A stretch of 24,000 bases of DNA from an uncultured Hyphobacterium sp. (GTDB taxonomy: Bacteria > Bacteroidota > Bacteroidia > Cytophagales > CCMP332), in the NCBI GenBank assembly GCA_964351965.1, contig CAYGPM010000015.1, forward strand, positions 5,306-29,305, read 5' to 3'. This document shows positions 1 to 8,883 of this stretch, one piece after another. Every line of letters begins with the position of its first letter. The stretch's first letter is position 1. Both the position numbers and the translations under genes were made by a program. The notes under the pieces were generated by a model. The model was not told where the DNA came from, did no database searches, and saw only the letters and a program-made list of their open reading frames with translations.

Positions 1-746
1 CATATATCTAAAGAGCCATACTCTCCTGCAAGGGCTGCGGGTTCATAATCCACTTTATATCCTTTTGAGGCCAATTTCATGGTCATGTAAAAATCTTCAA
101 TAATGGTGTCCGTATCAATCGATTCGAAAAGATTCGTTCTGATTGCAAAAAGTTCTCCGGCAGAACCTACCAGAGTGTTTAGCCTTGCATCGAGTTTTTT
201 CAAGAAGGACTCATATTTCCAATACATGCCCTCTCCTGCTGAACTCGCGGCCGCTCCGGGACTTTCAAGTATCACTTTTTCACCACTTACCGCCGCAACT
301 TTTGCTTCCATAAATCTTCGCGTCATCAGGGATACCGCTTCCGGATTGAGCATCACATTTGCATCCGAGAAAATGGAGATAGCTGTTTTAATTAATGGAA
401 TCACCCTATTCACTGCATGTATTTTCCCTTTCCTCTCCTGCGAATGAAAATGTATAAGCCCGGGATATTTTTTGATGATTTCCATACTATTATCATCCGA
501 TCCGTCGGTGACAATGGCAATTTTCAATTTATCTTTTGGATAATCGAGATTGAGGGTGTTTTTGATTTTCTCATCCAGGATGGAGGCTTCATTGTATGCA
601 CAGATCAGAAAGGTGGCCTCAGGAAAGTACTTCTCAAATTCCACTTTTTTTTTTGCCTTGATTTCATTCATCAGGAAGAGCAAAATTCCGTATCCGATAT
701 AGGTATAAAAAACAATTAAAATGAGTGCTATAAATACTATCTCCAT
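1..746 (-). CDS. Glycosyltransferase family 2, membrane-anchored synthase-like (PgaC/NodC/CESA-like); first 248 codons only, gene continues past the left edge
   Basis: Missing from the ORF track because it is open at the window edge. Minus-strand reading from ATG (746-744) gives MEIVFIALILIVFYTYIGYGILLFL (TM helix), ATFLICAYNEASILDEKI, KIAIVTDGSDDNS, IFSDANVML, GSAGELFAIR, with no stop down to base 1. Plus-strand ORFs 103-447 and 417-719 are its shadows. Confidence 0.8.
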   Translation of the reverse strand, partial: MEIVFIALILIVFYTYIGYGILLFLMNEIKAKKKVEFEKYFPEATFLICAYNEASILDEKIKNTLNLDYPKDKLKIAIVTDGSDDNSMEIIKKYPGLIHFHSQERKGKIHAVNRVIPLIKTAISIFSDANVMLNPEAVSLMTRRFMEAKVAAVSGEKVILESPGAAASSAGEGMYWKYESFLKKLDARLNTLVGSAGELFAIRTNLFESIDTDTIIEDFYMTMKLASKGYKVDYEPAALAGEYGSLDI

Positions 747-798
747 GATTTTATTTTTATACAAAAAAAAGCCCTAAAAAGTGCCTATTTTAAACATT

Positions 799-850
799 TA
801 GATGAATGTAACTTATCGAGCGATGAGAAGCGCAGATTAGCCGATAAATG
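799..850 (-). promoter_or_regulatory. Three related boxes at 21-bp period (CATTTATCGG, TTCTCATCGC, CATTCATCTA)
   Basis: Plus-strand 10-mers at 841-850 (ccgataaatg), 820-829 (gcgatgagaa) and 799-808 (tagatgaatg). They lie in the gap upstream of the partial GT2 gene (ATG at 746). Confidence 0.4.
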
Positions 851-1726
851 TCAAATTGAAGCAGAAAAGGTAGCTCCCGATTTAGCCAGAAAGAAATCGG
901 ATACCGATTCTAAAAGTGCCTTTTTATGAGCGCCTTTTAATGTGAGCATTTGACGTAAAAATGGCAGACTGAAGTAGTAAATCAGAAAGAAAACAAATTG
1001 AACATTATGACTGTGTTTTTTTAAGAATTTCAGTCGGTTTCGGTTATGATAATAGACTTTTAAGGGACTCCCTTTTCCGGTGCTGACCGACTCTTTATGA
1101 AGAACTTTGCAATTCAGAGCTACCTTAATTTTATAGCCTCTGCTTTTAAAGCTTTCCGACCAAGATAGCTCCTCATAATAAAGAAAGAATTCTTCAGGCA
1201 TTAGTCCGCATTCTTCAATTGCGCTTGTTCTAATCATGACTGCGGCCCCGTGAAAGTAAGCTGTCTCCTTTAGTTTGGATTCTCCGCTTATTTCTGAATA
1301 AACTTTATTTCTTCCTGTAAAAGGATTGATCACGGTGTTTCCTGCAAACTGAATCCTCTTCTGATCTTCGTAATAATGAATTACAGGTGAAATGGCAGCA
1401 GTGTCATCGTCAAAATGATGGAGTAAATCTTCAATAAGTCTTCCTTCAACCTCGGTATCATTGTTCAGCAGTAATATATACTCTCCCCCGGCTTGCTTTA
1501 TCCCGAGATTATTGGCTTCTGCAAAACCAAGATTTTTTTCGGAATGAATGATCCTGATATTCGGAATGATCGATCTGAAATTCTCATCGAAATCTTCTCC
1601 TCTTCCATTGTCTACAAGAATGACTTCCAGCTTATAATATTTAAGCGTATTGATTGTCTTTAGCAATTCAATGGTCACGGAAGCCTGCCTGTAATTTACG
1701 GTAATGATACTTACTAATGGATTCAT
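851..1726 (-). CDS. Glycosyltransferase family 2 (soluble GT-A fold)
   Basis: VSIITVNYRQ, VILVDNG and LLLNNDTEV are typical GT2 N-terminal, nucleotide-sugar and DxD-region motifs. ATGA overlap with the upstream methyltransferase gene. Confidence 0.8.
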   Translation of the reverse strand: MNPLVSIITVNYRQASVTIELLKTINTLKYYKLEVILVDNGRGEDFDENFRSIIPNIRIIHSEKNLGFAEANNLGIKQAGGEYILLLNNDTEVEGRLIEDLLHHFDDDTAAISPVIHYYEDQKRIQFAGNTVINPFTGRNKVYSEISGESKLKETAYFHGAAVMIRTSAIEECGLMPEEFFLYYEELSWSESFKSRGYKIKVALNCKVLHKESVSTGKGSPLKVYYHNRNRLKFLKKHSHNVQFVFFLIYYFSLPFLRQMLTLKGAHKKALLESVSDFFLAKSGATFSASI

Positions 1727-2532
1727 GCAGCCTGAGGTTTTTGAGCTAAAACATGTATGGCGTTTCCATTTTCTGACTTAAAGAATATCCTGTCGAGATG
1801 GATTAAAAATTTGCTTAAAGGAAGAAAAAGCAGATGAAATATTAAGCCTGTCTTTTTTGCCAGATAGGATATTTCCCAGGCAGCCCTGGATAATAGTCCA
1901 TCGCTTGATCTGGCGCAAAGTATTTCAAAGCCTTCACTTTCTACTCTTTCTTTCAATCCTTTCAGATCGTAAACCTGACCAATGTGTTCGTCATCCAGCC
2001 ATTTATTGTGTTCTACAAATAAATTCTGAGGTAGTATCGTCCTCTGACTCAGGTTGGGAATCTTTACTAAAAACAACCCGCCGGGCTTTAGTCTTTTATG
2101 AACCGCTTTAAAGGGCATTTCTTCCGGCAAAATATGTTCGAACACATCAACAGAATAGATGAAATCAAAATTGGACATGAATAATCGATCCAGTAAAAAA
2201 TTATGGGGGCGGATATTTCTAACCTTTTCTTTTTCGATTACTGACTTTAGTATTTTGATCCTTGAACCATCAATATCTAATGCATGTATCTCTGCATGAG
2301 GAAAGGCCCTGGAAAGAGCAAAACTATATTCACCAAAACCACAGCCAAGGTCTAGTATTTTGGAGTCGGGTTTTATCCCAAGTTTTGAGATAATCTCGTG
2401 GAAAATTGTGAACCTGGCATAATTGCCTATATTGGTATAACCGAAAATGGCCATCATAATTTTTCCGAGAAAAGGGTGATTCCTCATCTTCTCGCTACTG
2501 TGTACCTGTTCTTTTCCAAATTGAAATTTCAT
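1723..2532 (-). CDS. Class I SAM-dependent methyltransferase
   Basis: ILDLGCGFGEYS (SAM-binding motif I) and LKPGGLFLVKIPN. Stop/start overlaps with both neighbouring genes. Confidence 0.8.
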   Translation of the reverse strand: MKFQFGKEQVHSSEKMRNHPFLGKIMMAIFGYTNIGNYARFTIFHEIISKLGIKPDSKILDLGCGFGEYSFALSRAFPHAEIHALDIDGSRIKILKSVIEKEKVRNIRPHNFLLDRLFMSNFDFIYSVDVFEHILPEEMPFKAVHKRLKPGGLFLVKIPNLSQRTILPQNLFVEHNKWLDDEHIGQVYDLKGLKERVESEGFEILCARSSDGLLSRAAWEISYLAKKTGLIFHLLFLPLSKFLIHLDRIFFKSENGNAIHVLAQKPQAA

Positions 2533-3818
2533 GCTCTTACGTTTTTGATTTGAATAATTAATTCTTGAAAGTTTTGTGGTTTTGATTTAGAGAATAGAAT
2601 TATCTGGCCGATCGCAATGGTCAGAATTATGGCTATTACCGTGGCGATTGCTGCTCCGGAGATGCCCAAAAGGGGAATCAAAATGAAGTTCAGCGTAAGA
2701 TTTAAAGCCAGGCTGATTAATAAAAGTCTGGAATTCAATTGAGGGTGATGCATGGCATCAATACTCAATCCGGACACCCTTCCGATGGGTTTGATCAGAC
2801 TGGCAATCATCAATATCTGAATGATGTAGGAGGCATCCTCAAGTCCGGGCGAGGAGAATAACCAAAAAACCATTTCTGGAAAGAGGAGAAATATTGATAA
2901 TCCGGGCAGCATTCCCAAAATCATCAGAACAATCGATTTATAATAAATTGACTCGAAGGCCAGTCTTTGATATTTTGAAAAATATCTGGAGAGCTTAGGA
3001 AACAAATATTGAGAAAGACCATTGAGAGGAATTTCTATGTAATTAATCACCTTACTGGCAAAATGGTATATCGCGATAGCTTCTTTTCCTACAAAAAGAT
3101 TTAAAATGAGAATATCAGATTTATGAAATAAAATGGATAGGACATTGGTACTTCCTGAGTAGCGCCCAAAGTCAAAAAATTTTACAAGGATGGATTTAAC
3201 TGGTGTTGAGAATTCTGGTTTTTCTATCAGAAAGAAATTGATCATCACAATAAAGGCCGACGCAAACTGAATCAGGAGTAATAACCAAATGCTCAGATTG
3301 CCCAGAAAGTAAAACCAGATCGTAAACACAACTGAAAAAGCAACATAAATACTGTTTAATATGAACTGCTTTTTGAAGTTTTCTTTGGCAATTAGCAGGG
3401 TATTGAGAAATTGGATAAAGGCAGAAGCCAATACCGGTAGAAGAATCAGAAGAAACAATTCATTCAGCAATCCAAAAGCACCCAAAAGCATGAATGGCAG
3501 GGAAAGCACTATCACAATGGAAATGTTAAGTAAAAATGCACTGCTTATCAAAGCGGGTTCTTTATCCGGGCTTTGGTGCAAGACCCTGATAAGTTCATGA
3601 TGAATAAAACCCTGGCGAAAATGATCTATGATATTCACCCATGTAATAAATACCGCCCACTCCCCAAGTGCTTTCAAATCCAGACTTCTCACCAGCAGGA
3701 TATAGAGGAGAAAACTTCCTGAAAACAAGAGCAAATGGTTTAGCACAGACAAGGTTCCTGTGAGCAGATGAGAAAAAGAGCTTTGAAATTTATGCAGCGA
3801 TTGTTTCATAATATGCAT
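2529..3818 (-). CDS. wzx: Oligosaccharide/polysaccharide flippase, MOP superfamily (Wzx-like)
   Basis: 429 aa, almost entirely hydrophobic helices (about 12). Position and size are typical of Wzx in Wzy-dependent loci. Start overlaps the upstream GT4 gene by about 20-29 nt. Confidence 0.7.
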   Translation of the reverse strand: MHIMKQSLHKFQSSFSHLLTGTLSVLNHLLLFSGSFLLYILLVRSLDLKALGEWAVFITWVNIIDHFRQGFIHHELIRVLHQSPDKEPALISSAFLLNISIVIVLSLPFMLLGAFGLLNELFLLILLPVLASAFIQFLNTLLIAKENFKKQFILNSIYVAFSVVFTIWFYFLGNLSIWLLLLIQFASAFIVMINFFLIEKPEFSTPVKSILVKFFDFGRYSGSTNVLSILFHKSDILILNLFVGKEAIAIYHFASKVINYIEIPLNGLSQYLFPKLSRYFSKYQRLAFESIYYKSIVLMILGMLPGLSIFLLFPEMVFWLFSSPGLEDASYIIQILMIASLIKPIGRVSGLSIDAMHHPQLNSRLLLISLALNLTLNFILIPLLGISGAAIATVIAIILTIAIGQIILFSKSKPQNFQELIIQIKNVRA

Positions 3819-4935
3819 TTATGGTTGCCCTGGAAATTTTTCTCAGATCAAATTTTTTAGCTGCGAATGCTCTTGCTTTTTTCCCCATTTCGATACTCAA
3901 AGTGGGATCGTTATAAAACTTAAGAACTGCAGATTTATAGGCCTGGAGATCGTTGATCCCACATAAAAAACCTGTGCTCTTATCCACTACACACTCACGT
4001 ATTGCCGGAATATCGCTGGCAATTGAAGGAATAGAATTTGCCGCTGCCTCCAGCAGTACAATCCCCTGCGTCTCGTGATAGGATGGAAGAACTAAGGCCA
4101 GGCTATATTTGAGCACTTCATTGATTTCATAGCGCTGAAGATCACCATGAAAGTTTATCCTCGAGTGCAATCCTTTCTTTCTGGTCATTTGCTGTAGCCG
4201 ATCTTTGAGCGGGCCTGAGCCAATAATATTGAGACTGATGTCCCATGGCAAATGATTCATCAGTTCAATCAGAAACTCTACGTTTTTGATTTTGGTAAGG
4301 CGGCCTACAAAAGTGATGGCCTGTCGATTCTTTATTAGTTTGCCGGCACTGTCAAATCGCAATCCGTTGGGAATAACTTTGACTCTCTCTTCACATTTCC
4401 ATCGATTCGACAAAACTGACTGCATCAATTCATTATTTACAGTCAAAATCCTATCCGCACTTCTGATTTGATTGAGCTCGAAAGGTCTTGTAAAAAACCT
4501 GTAAATCTTTGAGCCAATTTGTTCATCGCTGTAAACCAATTCATGATCCAGCAAACCATGTATGGTTTGTACTATTGGCGTTCTGCCCTTGACAGAAGCA
4601 CCCAAATATCCGGTCCGCCCTTGCATATGAATGATGTCATAGTTGTGATTGTTTTTTCTAATCCAATTTTTCAGTGCGAGATTGAAAAAGAACTCTTCAG
4701 CCAAAAGAGCGATAGGAAAAATATAGCGTCCTGGGAAATAAGGTATTTCAATAACTTTTATGCCTTCCTTTATATATTCACTGCCTCTCATGAAGGAACC
4801 CGCTGCAATGATCGTCACCTCATGACCGAGGTCGCAAAGTTCTTTGGATAAAGTCCAGCTATGTGTTTGTATTCCTCCTTTGAAAGACCATGGAAGGCTC
4901 TTGCACAACATAGCGATTTTCAGTTTCTTTTTCAT
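3790..4935 (-). CDS. Glycosyltransferase family 4 (GT-B, group 1)
   Basis: N-terminal SFKGGIQTHS and C-terminal PSYHETQGIVLLEAAANSIP (E-x7-E motif). Confidence 0.85.
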   Translation of the reverse strand: MKKKLKIAMLCKSLPWSFKGGIQTHSWTLSKELCDLGHEVTIIAAGSFMRGSEYIKEGIKVIEIPYFPGRYIFPIALLAEEFFFNLALKNWIRKNNHNYDIIHMQGRTGYLGASVKGRTPIVQTIHGLLDHELVYSDEQIGSKIYRFFTRPFELNQIRSADRILTVNNELMQSVLSNRWKCEERVKVIPNGLRFDSAGKLIKNRQAITFVGRLTKIKNVEFLIELMNHLPWDISLNIIGSGPLKDRLQQMTRKKGLHSRINFHGDLQRYEINEVLKYSLALVLPSYHETQGIVLLEAAANSIPSIASDIPAIRECVVDKSTGFLCGINDLQAYKSAVLKFYNDPTLSIEMGKKARAFAAKKFDLRKISRATINAYYETIAA

Positions 4936-5027
4936 CTGCTTTTCTGTTTTCTGAATAGTGCTTTACCTCTCATCAGGCCCATGATCAAAAAGGCCAGACC
5001 AATTGTCAGAATGATAAACCAGGGCAT
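4932..5027 (-). CDS. Possible 31-aa single-pass membrane micropeptide (small ORF, not in the track)
   Basis: Minus-strand ATG at 5027 gives MPWFIILTIGLAFLIMGLMRGKALFRKQKSR*: one hydrophobic helix plus a basic tail. It fills the only gap between two coupled genes. It starts 4 nt after the upstream stop (5032) and its TGA overlaps the next ATG (ATGA at 4932-4935). Confidence 0.3.
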   Translation of the reverse strand: MPWFIILTIGLAFLIMGLMRGKALFRKQKSR

Positions 5028-5031
5028 TCCT

Positions 5032-6201
5032 TCAGCGATCATAATTCAAATGTTTTGTGTGGATAAAATTTCTTTTAGACTCCTTTATCAGGCTTAATCC
5101 CTTAAATGTAGATCCCAATAAAGAAGGTAAAGCGGCGATTAATACACCGATATTTTTAAAAATCCAGCCCGGAGGAACTAGAATGATATAGGTGAGAATA
5201 TTTAAAAACAATGCTATGAAATTAAGAACCGCCAGTTCCGGAGAAGAGATTAACAATGCACCCACTCCCAGCAATATGGAGAATGCCGGAATCAGGGTTC
5301 TGGGAGGTATGGCTAATTGCATGACTTTGTGGAAATAGTCGACATTGCCTTTAGCCATATACTTCCATGCATCCTGAAAATTGTTTATCAAAAAACTGTA
5401 TTGTGCTTCCAGCCAGCGACCTCTTTGATTGCCCATTTGCTCAAAGTCAAAACACTTCTCATCCAGCACGAAAATCTCCTCGTTATAATAAATTTTGATT
5501 CCTTTCTTGGTCAGTAAAAGTTCCATCTCCTTATCAAAACCACCCACCGCTTTGAGCCGCGGAATAATGTCCAAAAAAGTTTCCTTATCGAGTATCATTC
5601 CGGAGCCGGAAAGTTTTGAACTTAAGCCAAGCACATTTGCACCCTTGCATAAAATCTTATGATTGGCTCTTTCGGAAATTGCATCAAATACGGATGAGGC
5701 TTCGTACAGATTTTTGGCTGTTCGAAGTGTCTGAATAATGCTTTTTCCGGAAGAAAGAAGGCTGGATGCGCCAAGCAGATAATTATCGGACATAATGTTG
5801 TCGGCATCCAGAATGATCAGTCCTTCATAATCCGAATCACTCACAAAACCGATTACCGAATTGAGGGCTTTTACTTTAGTACTTTTTTCAAGCTCAATTT
5901 CCTTTACGCGGACTCCCATATTGCGGAGCTTTTGAACGCTTATGGCTTTCATCTGATCTGAAATAACCATGAGATCAAAATTCTTTCCGAGATAGTTTAT
6001 TTTTTGATTAGCCAGACAGGCCTGAATAATAACATCATCCTCTTTATATGCAGGAATGAGAACCAAAAGCTTTTTTTGATCCAATTCAGATGGTAAGTGC
6101 AGTTTTTTTCCAGCCGAAGACAGAGCAGCAATGGCAAGTAAAAACTGATAGAGAATAACCGCGGAGATAAAAAGACTCAAGATTCCAAATAGTATATTCA
6201 T
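5032..6201 (-). CDS. Integral-membrane GT2 glycosyltransferase, processive-synthase-like (QxxRW)
   Basis: N-terminal TM helix, LIPAYKEDDVI, ILDADN (DxD), QRGRW (QxxRW), C-terminal TM helices (LIPAFSILLGVGALLI, LNFIALFLNILTYIILV). Confidence 0.8.
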   Translation of the reverse strand: MNILFGILSLFISAVILYQFLLAIAALSSAGKKLHLPSELDQKKLLVLIPAYKEDDVIIQACLANQKINYLGKNFDLMVISDQMKAISVQKLRNMGVRVKEIELEKSTKVKALNSVIGFVSDSDYEGLIILDADNIMSDNYLLGASSLLSSGKSIIQTLRTAKNLYEASSVFDAISERANHKILCKGANVLGLSSKLSGSGMILDKETFLDIIPRLKAVGGFDKEMELLLTKKGIKIYYNEEIFVLDEKCFDFEQMGNQRGRWLEAQYSFLINNFQDAWKYMAKGNVDYFHKVMQLAIPPRTLIPAFSILLGVGALLISSPELAVLNFIALFLNILTYIILVPPGWIFKNIGVLIAALPSLLGSTFKGLSLIKESKRNFIHTKHLNYDR

Positions 6202-7622
6202 GATTGTGTTTTCCTGTCGATTTTGTGAATAATAAAAAGCAGTGGTATTGCAATATTCATAATCATACCTGTAGGCATTTGCCCAAAAACCTGATTGCCA
6301 TAGGAGCTGGCCAGTACGCCTGCAATAGAAGCATAAATGGCATGTGCGTATGATCGCAGTCTTGGGTTTTGGAGATTTGTCACAGCCACATAGGCCATTC
6401 CCATTATGTAAAAGAGAAATCCAATATGAAGAACAATACCCACTAAACCGGTCTCAGCCCATATTTTGACATACCAGCTGTCCGTGGCGGTTTTGGCAAG
6501 TAAAGAATTCGGATTAAAGCGAAATCCCCAATAGCCCGCAGTACCGACTCCGCCTCCAAAAGGTTTGTCGGCCAAATAATTTGCGAATGTTTTCTGATTT
6601 TCAAGTCTTACAAGAAGTGAAGGATTTTGTGCATCCAATGCACTTCTCATTCTCCTTACCTGCTCTACTCCCTGAAACAAAAAGGTGTATTTCAATATGT
6701 AAAACACCAGGGCAAATCCTGCCAGACCTCCGAGTAAAACCTTGAAGTTTTTGTTTATTAAAAGATAAGCCAGACCACCAAAGGCCGGAACTGCAAGTGC
6801 TCCCCTTGTACCTGAAATAGCGAAGCCCAAAAAGCACATCACGAAGGCTAGAAGGAATAAGATTTTTTTGCCTTTTGAATGCGGTCCTATAAATAGTATG
6901 CCGGAAAACAAAAACATCATAGCCTGATTGGCTCCAAACTGACCGGCATCACTGTAAAATGAGAATACTCTTAAGACTCCATGGAGCAAATGCTCATCCT
7001 GGTGATTTTCTGCAAAGAGCCAGTGGTTTTCGGCATAGTCAAGAATTCCGAATTGTTGTTTGAAACCCCAGAGCGAACCCAAAACAGAAAAAAAGATCAA
7101 AAGCCAAATGAAACGCTCAACATCCCTGATCTCTTTAACCAAAAGAAATACAAGTCCGAAGGTCAGCAATTGGTAAAAACCGATTCCTCTCATTGCATAA
7201 AACCATGCCACAGCTCCATTTCCATAGGTATTAAAAAATTCCAGACAGATGTAAATGAACCATATAGCAGCCACCAGAAAAATGTCATTTTTTAGTCCCG
7301 ACCAGTCAATGTTTCTTTTAAATAGAAGTGCAATCCAGGAAATGAAGAGAATGATATCGACACCCAGTCCCCAGGGTAAATTTATATATCGGGTAATTCC
7401 TGAAATGAGAAAGGAGAGAACAAGAGAGAACCAAATACCTGATTTCGGCTCCTTGAATAGTTTATAAATGAAAACAAACAGAAAAGGAAGGACAAAACTG
7501 AAAATCAGACCAATTAATCCGAGCCAGTAGATGGCCAGACAGGCAAAAAGTAAAAAGAGGATAATATATATACCCTTTGTGCTTCCTGCTTCGTCTAAAA
7601 TATGTATTGTCCCGGTTTTCAT
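6198..7622 (-). CDS. wzy: O-antigen polymerase/ligase-family polytopic membrane protein (Wzy-like)
   Basis: 474 aa with at least 10 hydrophobic segments. ISGTRGALAVPAFGG-type loop as in the Wzy_C/O-antigen ligase domain. ATGA overlap with the downstream GT2 gene. Confidence 0.7.
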   Translation of the reverse strand: MKTGTIHILDEAGSTKGIYIILFLLFACLAIYWLGLIGLIFSFVLPFLFVFIYKLFKEPKSGIWFSLVLSFLISGITRYINLPWGLGVDIILFISWIALLFKRNIDWSGLKNDIFLVAAIWFIYICLEFFNTYGNGAVAWFYAMRGIGFYQLLTFGLVFLLVKEIRDVERFIWLLIFFSVLGSLWGFKQQFGILDYAENHWLFAENHQDEHLLHGVLRVFSFYSDAGQFGANQAMMFLFSGILFIGPHSKGKKILFLLAFVMCFLGFAISGTRGALAVPAFGGLAYLLINKNFKVLLGGLAGFALVFYILKYTFLFQGVEQVRRMRSALDAQNPSLLVRLENQKTFANYLADKPFGGGVGTAGYWGFRFNPNSLLAKTATDSWYVKIWAETGLVGIVLHIGFLFYIMGMAYVAVTNLQNPRLRSYAHAIYASIAGVLASSYGNQVFGQMPTGMIMNIAIPLLFIIHKIDRKTQS

Positions 7623-7629
7623 TATAGAA

Positions 7630-7637
7630 CAAAACTA
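7630..7637 (-). promoter_or_regulatory. Bacteroidota-type -7 promoter box TAGTTTTG (TAnnTTTG), 7 nt upstream of the wzy ATG
   Basis: Minus strand reads atcTAGTTTTGttctataATG. Exact match to the TAnnTTTG consensus. It lies in the only large gap inside the operon, downstream of the phased repeats at 7687-7718. Confidence 0.35.
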
Positions 7638-7686
7638 GATTTCAGCTATGGGCTTTTCTTGATTATTAGACGGGGCTCAGCACTTG

Positions 7687-7718
7687 TCCGATGAATGACA
7701 GAATTTTTCCGATGAATG
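7687..7718 (-). promoter_or_regulatory. Two perfect 11-bp direct repeats CATTCATCGGA, 21-bp period (candidate LytTR-regulator box)
   Basis: Plus strand has tccgatgaatg at 7687-7697 and 7708-7718. The repeats are oriented with the operon and lie upstream of wzy. Confidence 0.5.
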
Positions 7719-7743
7719 GTTTTTGGCGAAAGCAACCTGAAAT

Positions 7744-8883
7744 TCAGGATGCTATCAGGGTCTGGAGCAATTGGGCCCGCTTTCTCCAGCTTTGTTCTTT
7801 GCTAAAACTGACTCTTTCTGCTATCCTATCCCCGCAATTTTGGAGCTGCGCATTTTGAAGAGCGAAATTGAATTCTGAATGGCTTCGGCAAATATCTATT
7901 ATCCCTGAAAAGGATTCTATATCGACAGAGAAATCGGTACTGATGACCGCTTTTCCCATGGCGAGATATTCGTTGATTTTGAGGGGATAAATAAAACGAG
8001 TGAATTCGTTTGAGCGAAAAGGAATAATACAAACAGCACTGTCTTGTAAAAGATCTGCCGATTCCTCCTGGCTTTTGGATCCTGTGAGAATGAGATTCGA
8101 ATATTGCTGCTTTAACTTAAAGATTCGTTCATCTTTAACCGGACCTATAAACTGGAATTTCAATTTTGGGTTTTCTGACAACATCGACTCAAGCAAATCG
8201 AAGTCTATGCGATCATCAATGGCTCCGAGATAGGATACTAAATTCTCCTGAGAAGCTTCTAATTTGGGCGAGAAAACCCTGTGATCAAATCCATTGAATA
8301 CTGTAAAAGTATTTGGATTCCGAACTTTAAGTTTATCCCTGAGAGCACCTGAGCTTGTAATTACCAGATCTGAATCTTCACAGTATTTTCCCTCATAGGG
8401 AAGCTGATGAAGTTTTGCCCAGGACATAGCCTCCATATTATCATAGGCATAATAAACCCTCCTTTTTGGTTTGAAAATTTCTGCCATAGAAGACCATTTT
8501 GGATTCATGGCATTAATGTAAATCGTGTTCTCAAGCCGGAGCTTTCGGGCAATTCTTTTGCAGCTGCGCCTAAGAATAAGGTTGTTTATCTTTTGAATCA
8601 AAGCTTTGAAAAGTGGAATGTGTGGCAAAATCGGCGCTGAGCTAAAAACACTGATCCTCGCATTATTTGCATTTTGAAATTGTCTGAGTCTGCTTTTCAC
8701 ACCAAGGATATTCCATTTAGGCACATAAGATTTAAAGATTAAATCCTTTAAGCTGTATGGGTAATCGATAAATAGAATGTCCTTGTCCTTATCCAATTCC
8801 TGTATTAATTCAATCGTGGATTTCTTGTAGGGCGCATCCCAAGAAGGAAAGCTATGAAATACTATGGTCTCCTTTTTACTCAT
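7744..8883 (-). CDS. Putative glycosyltransferase, GT-B fold (GT4/TuaH-like)
   Basis: C-terminal half LGAIDDRIDFDLL...IIPF...PLKINEYLAMGKAVISTDF resembles the group-1 GT C-domain. Assignment by resemblance only. Confidence 0.55.
   Translation of the reverse strand: MSKKETIVFHSFPSWDAPYKKSTIELIQELDKDKDILFIDYPYSLKDLIFKSYVPKWNILGVKSRLRQFQNANNARISVFSSAPILPHIPLFKALIQKINNLILRRSCKRIARKLRLENTIYINAMNPKWSSMAEIFKPKRRVYYAYDNMEAMSWAKLHQLPYEGKYCEDSDLVITSSGALRDKLKVRNPNTFTVFNGFDHRVFSPKLEASQENLVSYLGAIDDRIDFDLLESMLSENPKLKFQFIGPVKDERIFKLKQQYSNLILTGSKSQEESADLLQDSAVCIIPFRSNEFTRFIYPLKINEYLAMGKAVISTDFSVDIESFSGIIDICRSHSEFNFALQNAQLQNCGDRIAERVSFSKEQSWRKRAQLLQTLIAS

Noticed and set aside
103-719. Plus-strand ORFs 103-447 and 417-719 from the ORF track
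   Set aside because: They are low-complexity antisense shadows of the minus-strand GT2 gene (1-746). That gene has clear GT2 motifs and a proper ATG at 746.
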